64,000 nt of DNA from an uncultured Candidatus Saccharibacteria bacterium. GTDB taxonomy: Bacteria > Patescibacteriota > Saccharimonadia > Saccharimonadales > JALRHH01. The stretch lies in the NCBI GenBank assembly GCA_964559915.1, contig CAZLJP010000002.1:130423-194422 (forward strand). Reading direction: 5' to 3'. Below the pieces are notes generated by a model that did not search any database, was not told where the DNA came from, and saw only the letters and a list, made by a program, of their open reading frames with translations. The position numbers and the translations under genes were made by a program. Shown piece after piece: positions 52,586 to 62,200 of the stretch (its first letter is position 1; each line of letters starts with the position of its first letter).

Positions 52586-55500
52586 CTAGGGCTGAGTATC
52601 CAGTGGTTGCTGAATACCTTCAGTAAAGGTCTTGCCGTGGATTAGTCGCCGTCCCGGGTTACTATTATAAAAGAGTGTCAGGTTATCCAGTGTTGGACCA
52701 CGACCAATATCGTCGGGGTAACCATAGGTCTGTGACGCATCCACACTAATGGTCATAAAGAAGTAGCGCCCACAACCAATGTTTGTGCCACCACTATTTT
52801 TAACCGTATATACACCTACGGTACCGAGAGTTACGTCACCCACATTAGTAGCTTGACCATAGGCAGACATAGCCGAACCGCCACAAGCCTTAGCAACGTC
52901 GGTTATGAGCGGGTCATTCATTGAACGATATTTAAGTTGCCATCGAGCACCAATAGAGTTATCGGTACCATTCATAAGCCACTTGGTTGGGAATACGTCA
53001 CTACCAGCATCAATTTGTCGAGAATAGGTGGCAACTTGCGGCTGCGATAGGAAGCCCGTCTGAGTAACACGAGAACTAGATGGATACGCTATAGTATTGT
53101 CACCATTTGCAACAACATAGACATCTTCTAGGGCAAAACTATCCGTCGTAGTACCGTTGTTTCCAAATTCATACCAACGTATGCTGGCCGTAGTATTCGC
53201 GGCTATGCTTACGGCCAACGGTTGTAAGGGTTCAAACTGCGCATAGTTATACGTAGCTAGGTTGTTGTAGGCACCACCGTTATAAGACACCTGTAGGATA
53301 ACCCTGTCGGGGTTAAGCCCGAGAAAGCTGTTTTCGCCAGTATAACAAGTACCGGCACCAGTCGTGATATCACTTGTCGGCATATAGAGCTTGAAGTACA
53401 GAGTACCCCCAGAAGCAATACCAAATGTCTTTGTGGTTGCTACCGCACCCGCAGCAGTACCCGCGGCCGTACTCGCAGTAGTACCACTGAGGGTTTTAGT
53501 TATGGAGGTAGATTGACATTTTGTGTCTGCCGTCATATTGGTTATAGAAGCCCATTGACTGGCGTCATAGTATGGAGAGCCTGTATCATCAAAATCATCT
53601 TGCATTACAATTCCTTGGCAACCGCCGCCAAGCAGATACGACTTGCCCTGGTAGTACGTGGCGGCTACGCCATAACGTCCACCGTCAAAATTACGGTTTG
53701 TCTGATACCACTCACCGATTCCTGACGGATTGTTACCTGTTGCAATAGTACTGTTGGCACTGATTGGCGCAACCAGAGTACGAGCTGCGCAGTCGTTAGT
53801 TGATGACCGTCCGCCAAAGATATACATGTAGCCATTTACGGCAAACCCATCTGCCTGGCGAATTGGTGACGGCATGTTAGTGGTGTATGTCCATGTGCCG
53901 AGGCTTACTGTCCCACCGCTTTCAGTAATTTTGTTGTACTGTACGTCACTGAGGTAGTTGGTGCCATCGTATCCGCCCAATATGTAGATATTATTAGCAT
54001 ACGTAATCACTACATGGCCACTGCGAGCGACGTTAAAACCAGTCAATGAGGTCCAACTATCCACGGCAATATTACCACCAGCGCTCAGAGATGGGCTTAC
54101 GAATATGGTTGTTTGCACCGCAGAACTATCGTTATAACCACCGGTTATATAGATACGATTATTCCATACAGATGCACTAAACTGCGTACGCTTAACCGCC
54201 GCTCCGCCGCTCGTATCACCAATTGCACCAGATGCATTACTCCATGAAGCAATGTTGCCCGAACCATCAGGGGCAGCATAGTATATGGTATCTTGTGCCG
54301 TGTTCAAGTTACTGCCAGTCTGTCCACCGATAAAGTAGAGCGTTCCGCCTACGACTTCTAGCTGACCAAAGCCACGTTTGGCGGGTAACGCAGCTATGCT
54401 ACCTGCAGTCCAGGCAGTAATTGATCCATTTGGATCTATGGTGCCTTTTTGAACGTTTGTAGTAGTGTCGGCACATTCCGTAGAACCCGTACAACCACCC
54501 GCTATGTATATATATCCATTATAAACTGCTGCCGAGGCACCAAGTCTGTCAGTGGAGCCCGAATTATCGTACAAGGTAGATGAAACAGAATACTTAGCTG
54601 GTGCGCCGCTATCGTTGTTATAAATCTGGAATGTCTGCACGGTATTATCTAATCCGGTGGACGCACAGTTTGGAGGTGTACCACTATTACAACCACCTAT
54701 AACGTAAGCATAGGAATTTGATACTGCCAGACCAAGCCCCCAACGTTGGTTAATAGTAACGATAGAAGTGTCGAACGAATCTATGTCACCCGTACCAACA
54801 TTTATCTTCGCAAACTGAATGTCTCGCAGTGTACTAGCAATACCGCTGTTATAGCCGCCTACTACATAGAGATACCCATTATAGCCAAACGCAGACCCCC
54901 GGCCGCGACCAATGGAAAGTGCGTTGGAGGTTAAGGTCCAGCCACTCCCTACAGTTACTACATTATTACTATTATCAAACTTCGCATAACGCACCTGTGT
55001 AAGGTCAGATGTGCCAGGCGCATTGCCACCCACAAGATAAATATAGTTGGCATAGACCGCACCGGCGTGTTGACCCAAACCCACACCGGAAGCGCCCGTC
55101 ACGGTACCAATCTGTAGCTGTCCACTGGTACTACATCTGTTATCAGCGCCTCCGCCCGCTCCATCAACACCAAGACTACCATTAGCCATGACGTTACACT
55201 TCCATACATTCTGCGTATAGGTACTGCAGTTACCGCTACTTAATGCCATGCAGCCACCAAATATATAGAGATTGCCGGGTATTGTTGCTGCGCTGGAAGG
55301 ATTGGCGCGCGCGTAAGCATAGGTATAGGTGACCTGTGTGTTTGAGGGCCAGCCAAGTGTATTAGTGAGTAATGCAGTGGTCATACGCTGCTCTATCCAG
55401 GAACCGGTCCAACTACCATCCGCATTTGCTTGATTCCTATACACTGCATTCTTTAGTGTGCCGTTACCCTGATGGCCGCCAATTATATAGACAAAGCCAC

Positions 55501-58500
55501 CGAATACAGCAGTAGCAGCACCGCCAACGCCATTAATTGCTGCATTGCCATTACTATCTATTGTATTGGTATCATCTATACACCAAGTACCGTTAGTAGC
55601 ACCAGCACATGTTGGCGGGCTTTTAAGGCGACCATTACTATCAATTGCTGCGTAGGCAGTATTGTCAGACATAGAAGTACACTGGTAGGTTATGCAGCCA
55701 CCTACCACATATATGAAACCATTAAGAATGGCTGTTGATACCAGCATCTGACCTGCTTGGCCACTACCGGATCCCCCTGGCGGCAGGCTGCAGTCGTAGG
55801 GGTCAGGATCCTGACAATTACCGTTACCCGGATCCTGCGATACGCTTACCGTTGAAGCATCGCCATCGGCATTAATAGGGCCATATTGAATATCTTTGTG
55901 GGTCGCGTAACAATCACCCGAGCCGTTTTGCCGCGAACAACCGCCAAACCGATATAATACATCTTGCCATGCAATGAATGATGCACCGATGCGCTGATGG
56001 TTTACGTAAGCCATAGTATTCCAGACATCTAGCGTACCGTCAGAATTAATGCTAGCGATTTGGACGTCATTGTTAATCGCCGTTGTTCCCGAACAATAAC
56101 CGCTGGTAATAGTATTACAACCGCCTGCCGCGTAGAGATAACCTCCCCATATGCCCGTCATGACACCACCCATGGATGCACGAGCAAAAGCCATCTCATC
56201 AACCCCGTCGGCAGCAGCTGTCTGCCAGGAGTTCATCGTACCATCACTATTGAGCCTACTAAATTGAACCGTCTTGAGCGGAGTGCCGTTAGTATTGCCA
56301 CCTATAATATAGAGGTAATCATTGTAAGCCTGTACTGAGGTAGCATAACGAGCAGTGCTCAGAGCTTGGCCATTCGACCAGCTCCCTAGTGTACCATTTG
56401 GTAAAATATCCGCTACTTCTACGGCAGTCGTAGCACCAGATGTATTGGTCAAGCTATCTGTATCGCCACCAAGCACGTACATCTTGCCTTTATAGGCATA
56501 GGCCGAGTGATACGCCCGTGCCCCTGTGCCAATGGTAGCTGTGCTCATACCCGTATCTTTATACCAATAGACCCAGTCAGGTTGATCTGGGTCAGTTGGA
56601 TGCCAGAGTTGTGGTTCCCCGTTTGCCCCAAGCTTGGCTATATATACTGTTTTCTTCAGGTTAGTACCATCATAGCCCCCCGTGTAGTAAAGATAGCCGT
56701 TGTATGCTACCAACGATGCGCCCACATTACCTGCCCCATCAGCAGTTCCTGAACCTGTTGGCAGATTATATGCGCTATTGGTACACCAGCCAGTACATGG
56801 CACTGCGTTACTGCCTGGCGCAGGACTTTCGAGCGACAAGTTAGAGTTATTAATATGTGACCACTGTAGCGTCTGGTTATACGCTGCTGTCGTCGTGTTG
56901 CCATTTACTACGATACTTACCGAGTACCACGTATCACTCACACCAGCACTGGTAGGTAGCGAGGCCGTGCCGGTGCTAGTACTGGAATTAGGTGGTGAAT
57001 CTATCTGCGAAGATACAAATCCCACGCCCGTACCAGCCACACCAGAGCTATGACCACTAGCGATATCAGTGTAATTATAAGTACCGTTGGCTGGTGCGAG
57101 TGGTGAAAAGCCTTGGGCAACTGGGGGGTCATTTGTAAAACTGGATGCACTGATGATGAGGGAACCATTGGTCGTTGGTGTTATGGCCGGGAAGCTTGGT
57201 GTATTGGTGCCATTAGAGTTTGTGGCTGCGGCAGCAATTAAATAGTTACTGGCAGCAAATTCTTTTACCCGCATAATAACACCGCTATTGAGCTGACTGG
57301 TTGATGTTGTCCAGTTGTATGATGCCGCCTCATTGCCGCCACTAATATTTGCACCTATCTTGTAAGAAACGGCTATTCTGGTGTTTGCGTAATACGACGT
57401 CCAACCTGCCGGCGCTGTGATAGTTGCATTTTGCGTAGCAACAATAGCTATATATAAATCACCAGAGGGCCGAGTATCCGGCATATTCATCGTGAAGGTG
57501 GTATCGGAGGTGGCGTCGGTACTAATCTTTTTATCGGCAATGTAAGGCATTATTTGGCCACTGCGGCCACCAGCACGATATAGATAACCGCTGGCTGCAG
57601 CCACACTCTGATCGTATGTTGCGTCGTTCATAGCGCCGTTTTCGGTCCACTTATTAATACGGGCGCCAGTAGTAAAGCCTTTTTTGAACTGCTCTGTTGC
57701 AATATCAAATGCAACGTTAGTCTCGTTATTACCGTACATCAGCTGGGCGGCTGATTGGATATAGATACTTGGGTCAATGGATAGTGGATAGCTGGCTTGC
57801 TTGAGGTTTTCTGCAACTAATGTCAGTTTGTTGCCATTGAGTTCGTACCGTACCTGAACTGATGACTGGTCATTGTCTTTCTCCTTGACTACCGGAGCGG
57901 GAATGCCAAATAAGAACTTGTCCTTATCTGCGTTTTGCTTAGCCTTTTGTAATAGTTGAGCATCATTGTCAGAGCCCGTAGAAACATTGCCATACAGTGG
58001 TAGGCTAGACCCATAAATACCGATTGACCCATCGGCTTCGAGCTTTGCCTCTACGCCATCAGGTAGTGAAAGCTCGTATTCGAACTTCATTTTGTCCTTG
58101 CCCCGTGACTGTAGTAATATATCCTCTTTTACTGAGGCGACTTGGGCCGTATATACTAAGAATCCGTCAGAACCAGACAGCGGATACACTATCTGGTTAG
58201 CATCCTGTTTGCCCTGAGCCAGTCCAAAAAGTGGCTTCATAGTTACATCTACGTTGTTAACCACATCCGTGACAGTTGCGCCCTGCTTAGGGTCTTTGGC
58301 GAAGCTGGCGGTGATGCGTGGGTCGCCATTGCCAGTCTTAAAGGTAGTAGCTGTTGCTGGGGCTGGCTTGTAACCCTCGTTATATACAAACTTTTGGTCT
58401 TTGGTGTTGAGTTTCAGCATTGTGCCCAGATGGGCATTAGTGTTTGGGATTACGCTACGGCTTGCGCTGGTAATTTTGTACGACACGTTATCCAGGAACG

Positions 58501-58792
58501 GCTGCAAAACAGCAGCAATGGTAGAAAATATAAATAAGCCGGCCACCGCCCCGGCATACACACGATTCCAAATGTTCTTATCCGGCCACTGTGCAAAGCT
58601 GGTTTTGCGGAATCGGTTCCAGAGTGTTTCTCTGTAATCTGCCGCTACTTTACCAAGAGAGCGAACCAGCCAGTACTTCTCGCCAGGGTGACGTTCATGA
58701 GTGGTATGTCGGCCATGACTCGCACCATGAATAGAAGGCCGTATATGCGGCCGTTCATCACGATTACCCCTACCCGGTTTTAGTCCGTCCAT
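52586..58792 (-). CDS. giant membrane-anchored surface protein with 18 Kelch-like beta-propeller blades
   Basis: 2068 aa with a His/Arg-rich cytoplasmic N-terminus and a TM segment (VYAGAVAGLFIFSTIAAVL). There are eighteen occurrences of the blade signature hydrophobic-Y/F-x-x-GG (for example YNGYLYYTGGY, YKGKMYVLGGD, YNDYLYIIGGN, YANNIYILGGY). Confidence 0.8.
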   Translation of the reverse strand: MDGLKPGRGNRDERPHIRPSIHGASHGRHTTHERHPGEKYWLVRSLGKVAADYRETLWNRFRKTSFAQWPDKNIWNRVYAGAVAGLFIFSTIAAVLQPFLDNVSYKITSASRSVIPNTNAHLGTMLKLNTKDQKFVYNEGYKPAPATATTFKTGNGDPRITASFAKDPKQGATVTDVVNNVDVTMKPLFGLAQGKQDANQIVYPLSGSDGFLVYTAQVASVKEDILLQSRGKDKMKFEYELSLPDGVEAKLEADGSIGIYGSSLPLYGNVSTGSDNDAQLLQKAKQNADKDKFLFGIPAPVVKEKDNDQSSVQVRYELNGNKLTLVAENLKQASYPLSIDPSIYIQSAAQLMYGNNETNVAFDIATEQFKKGFTTGARINKWTENGAMNDATYDQSVAAASGYLYRAGGRSGQIMPYIADKKISTDATSDTTFTMNMPDTRPSGDLYIAIVATQNATITAPAGWTSYYANTRIAVSYKIGANISGGNEAASYNWTTSTSQLNSGVIMRVKEFAASNYLIAAAATNSNGTNTPSFPAITPTTNGSLIISASSFTNDPPVAQGFSPLAPANGTYNYTDIASGHSSGVAGTGVGFVSSQIDSPPNSSTSTGTASLPTSAGVSDTWYSVSIVVNGNTTTAAYNQTLQWSHINNSNLSLESPAPGSNAVPCTGWCTNSAYNLPTGSGTADGAGNVGASLVAYNGYLYYTGGYDGTNLKKTVYIAKLGANGEPQLWHPTDPDQPDWVYWYKDTGMSTATIGTGARAYHSAYAYKGKMYVLGGDTDSLTNTSGATTAVEVADILPNGTLGSWSNGQALSTARYATSVQAYNDYLYIIGGNTNGTPLKTVQFSRLNSDGTMNSWQTAAADGVDEMAFARASMGGVMTGIWGGYLYAAGGCNTITSGYCSGTTAINNDVQIASINSDGTLDVWNTMAYVNHQRIGASFIAWQDVLYRFGGCSRQNGSGDCYATHKDIQYGPINADGDASTVSVSQDPGNGNCQDPDPYDCSLPPGGSGSGQAGQMLVSTAILNGFIYVVGGCITYQCTSMSDNTAYAAIDSNGRLKSPPTCAGATNGTWCIDDTNTIDSNGNAAINGVGGAATAVFGGFVYIIGGHQGNGTLKNAVYRNQANADGSWTGSWIEQRMTTALLTNTLGWPSNTQVTYTYAYARANPSSAATIPGNLYIFGGCMALSSGNCSTYTQNVWKCNVMANGSLGVDGAGGGADNRCSTSGQLQIGTVTGASGVGLGQHAGAVYANYIYLVGGNAPGTSDLTQVRYAKFDNSNNVVTVGSGWTLTSNALSIGRGRGSAFGYNGYLYVVGGYNSGIASTLRDIQFAKINVGTGDIDSFDTSIVTINQRWGLGLAVSNSYAYVIGGCNSGTPPNCASTGLDNTVQTFQIYNNDSGAPAKYSVSSTLYDNSGSTDRLGASAAVYNGYIYIAGGCTGSTECADTTTNVQKGTIDPNGSITAWTAGSIAALPAKRGFGQLEVVGGTLYFIGGQTGSNLNTAQDTIYYAAPDGSGNIASWSNASGAIGDTSGGAAVKRTQFSASVWNNRIYITGGYNDSSAVQTTIFVSPSLSAGGNIAVDSWTSLTGFNVARSGHVVITYANNIYILGGYDGTNYLSDVQYNKITESGGTVSLGTWTYTTNMPSPIRQADGFAVNGYMYIFGGRSSTNDCAARTLVAPISANSTIATGNNPSGIGEWYQTNRNFDGGRYGVAATYYQGKSYLLGGGCQGIVMQDDFDDTGSPYYDASQWASITNMTADTKCQSTSITKTLSGTTASTAAGTAAGAVATTKTFGIASGGTLYFKLYMPTSDITTGAGTCYTGENSFLGLNPDRVILQVSYNGGAYNNLATYNYAQFEPLQPLAVSIAANTTASIRWYEFGNNGTTTDSFALEDVYVVANGDNTIAYPSSSRVTQTGFLSQPQVATYSRQIDAGSDVFPTKWLMNGTDNSIGARWQLKYRSMNDPLITDVAKACGGSAMSAYGQATNVGDVTLGTVGVYTVKNSGGTNIGCGRYFFMTISVDASQTYGYPDDIGRGPTLDNLTLFYNSNPGRRLIHGKTFTEGIQQPLDTQP

Positions 58793-58941
58793 TGCTGTGT
58801 GTATTGACCCTCAAAACCCTCACATTTATTGCAAGAATTCTTATGCTTTTAGTATAGCGAGTCCGCCCCTGTTTTGGAAGCAATATATATAAGAATAGAA
58901 AAGACTTGTGGATGCCTTGAATATCAGAAACAAGTCAAAAG

Positions 58942-58972
58942 AAAAAGAGAGGTGGGATATTCCTCTCTTTTT
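58942..58972. terminator. bidirectional intrinsic terminator between the third giant gene and the Kelch gene
   Basis: AAAAAGAGAGG (58942-58952), loop TGGGATATT, CCTCTCTTTTT (58962-58972). This is a perfect 11-bp stem with built-in A and T runs. Confidence 0.7.
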
Positions 58973-59263
58973 CGATACTCAGCGTGCGCAATTCTACTGT
59001 TTGTCGTTTTATTTTTGGTCCGAGAGTGTCAAGAACTCGGAGGAAAAATGTTTGTTTTACGGGCTAATCTAGGGACGTAGATGTCAAGGCCACACTAGAT
59101 TGTGCACGCAGTTGTATCTGTTATTTAGTTAGTTTTGGTGTCTATGGTCCGTGTGTCATACCCTGCCCTTTTTGGTTAGATTTGCAGCCCGGAATAGGCA
59201 ACCATACGGTTGGCTGTTTTGGTTTCTTTTGGTGAGTTAATAAGTTATTCATGTCATTGCTCC

Positions 59264-62200
59264 TTAATTGTTGTTGTACACAAAGTCGAGGTTTTCGACA
59301 TATATGTTCCCGTTACTCTTGGACTTCATATCAATCTTGAAGATGATGTTGTCGCCCGCAGCAAAGCTACAGGCTCGTTCATCACCGCCAAACGATGTCT
59401 GTTCCCAAGTACCTGTTGTCGAGTTAATGGTCGTGGCAGAGCCACAGGAAGCAATATTCTGTGCCGTGGTTGGTGGCTTTCGGAAGACCTGTAGAGTGGC
59501 GATGGCATTAGATGTACTGTCCGTGAGTGCCGTTAGCTTGATGGTGTTGCTGTCATTAAATTCTTTAAACGTACTAGGAAGTTTGTAGGTGACGTAGATG
59601 CTATAGACCTGTTCTGTTGCCTGTGGTGATGTCCAGTGGTAGTAATTTCGTGCTTCGTGGGTTGCACAGAGAGTACCAAGCGTCAGAACGCCAGACTCGG
59701 TAGAACAGAATTCTGAAGTCATGACACCGATACCAGCAGAGTTGCCATTGCCTGGGCCACCCAACACCGCACCTGCATATTCAGGCGTCAGGGTTATTAT
59801 GTTATCTGGTGATGAACCACAAGCACCCCAGCCGTCAGCCTCGTAACACTGGATACGGCCCGTGGTTGTGTCGTAGTACATAGAGCCAAGGTAAGCATCA
59901 TTATTAGCAGCAATCGGTGCACTAGCAGCGCGATCAAGCGTCAGTAGCGTGATTGGCCCACCCTTATTAACACCACCTACCTGTACATTATTAGAGTTGT
60001 TAGTGTTCAGTGTGATGGTCAGAGCATCTATGTAGAGAGTTCGTGTAGTCGCGTCTGTCTGGTATATAACCAAGTCTGGGTCAGAAATACCAGAACTTGA
60101 GGTTGTCACAATACACGTAACGCGCTGCCATCCAGTTGATGGAATACTCTGAGTATTGTAGTCAACACACTGCTGTGCGGCGGCTGGCGCGCCGTTTCCG
60201 CCAGCTGGTAAGAATCCAGCAGCGATTGTAGCGGTACCCGTTGATGCTTTTGCGTAGAAGGTGACGAGATACTGGGTACTGGCTGCAGGCGTAACAGCCA
60301 TATTGTTTCGAACACCCTGAGTTGCTCCTGTAACACCTACCGATACAGCGTATTGGCCATCGTAGACAGTACTTGATTGAGATGCGGGTGCAGCGCCATT
60401 GTAAGTGCCCCAGTTGCTGCCAAGAGAGCTACTGACGCTACCGTCAGCCGCAAAGGTCATATTGGCGTTAACTTGTACGCTCAGGTTATCAATGTAGAAC
60501 ACACGCGTTGTGCCATCAGTCTGACGAATGAAGACAGAGTTATTGCTCGTGATTGAGCCTGATGCGATAAAGGTACAAGAGATACGAGACCAGTTAGCCT
60601 TGGTGACAGTCTGACCGCTCGCACAAGTTACCGTGCCTGTATTAGTGCCGTCTGGAGAGTACACAATCTGCAGACCCGAGAAGCCGCTGTAAGCAGCGTC
60701 TGTCTTAGCCGTGAAGGATACTGCATAACTCACACCAGAGGATAGTGCCGTTGAAAGGATGTTGCGGGCACCATGATTAGTGGCAGAGGTACTGACACTT
60801 ACGGATGACTGACCAGTAGCATAGTTACTTACATCACGACCTACTGAGCCGCCACTTGGGGTTGCCTGCCAGTTAGTGCTAAACCCTGTTGATGTCTCTG
60901 CGCCGCCGTTGACCGCATATTCTGTAGCGTTGTTATTTACGCTGAGGAGGTTGCTGCCAGTGGAGCTCTGGACTTCTAGTAGACCACCGACAATTGGAGT
61001 AGTACCGTTGTTGCGGATAGTAAAGCCATCTGCGTTACCGCCAACTGGGTTAAGCAGGATTTCTGCGCCACCAGCACTCGTCAGTGTGTTGTTGTAGGCA
61101 GACTGAAGGTCAGTAGAGCTAGATGCACCAGCAGCAGTCCAGTCAGTACCGTTCCATATAAGTGTAGCAGTGCTGTTCTGCTTCATAGCGATATCAATTG
61201 GCGTACGGCTAGCATTCATGCGGATAGTGAAGTCGCTGGAGCCACTGCGGCCAGCAACGTACACGATACGACCGATAACATTCTGGGCTGGGTCGGGTAT
61301 GCTAATTATGACCCCCGTTGTGCTAGCACTGACAGGAATCGTACTGTATGCATTGATGATGCTATTGTCTGGATTATTGAAGCCCTGTACGCCTGGGCTA
61401 CCGAATGTCTGTACTAGAGAGGTGCTGAAAGCGGTCGTTGAAAGATTAACCAGACCCTGTGTGCCAGTACCGAAGCCAGCACCACCAGCGATTGTAACGG
61501 CACCACCGTTGGCATTGCCGGCTGTCGCCGCACCACCCTGGAGAGTTAGTGCGCCGCCAGCTACGCCGGAGTTAGTTGAATTGCCTACTTTGATTGTTAG
61601 ACTACTGCCAGCCCCAGAAGCAGCTGTATTAATATCACCTGTTGAGGTCTGGCTACCAGCTAGGGTTAGTACTCCCGCGGTTGATAAATCAAAGTTAGTG
61701 CCATCTATGGCGATAGTACCGCCGTTGTGGCCGATGCTTATATTAGTAGCATTGCTAGTACCGATACCCAGCGCTACTGCTGTAGCAGTGTCAAACAGTG
61801 GTGAGTACAGTGCTGTGCCTGCAATACCTGTGCCGGATACATTAAAGTTACCTGTTTGCGCTGTACCAGGAGTAGTTGACTGCAATTGGATAGAATCACC
61901 GCCGCTTGAGCCAATGATACGCCAGCGGCTTGATGCACTGTCGTAGGCCAGTTGTATAGAGCCATTAGCAGGCATAATACTGTTTAGACCGCTGCCTGTA
62001 ATAATGCGATTAGCAGCAGTGCCGCCGCTATCATTCTGGATTGTCAGAGTACTGCCGCTGGCGTTCATCAGAGTGATGATGCGACCATCTGCGCCACCAG
62101 TTAGACCAGTCAGGATTGGAGTAGAAGTAGCGCTTGTGACACGGTGGAGCACACCAGTACCAAGAGTTATTTCCTGGGTGCCAGTGACTGTGTAACTCGT

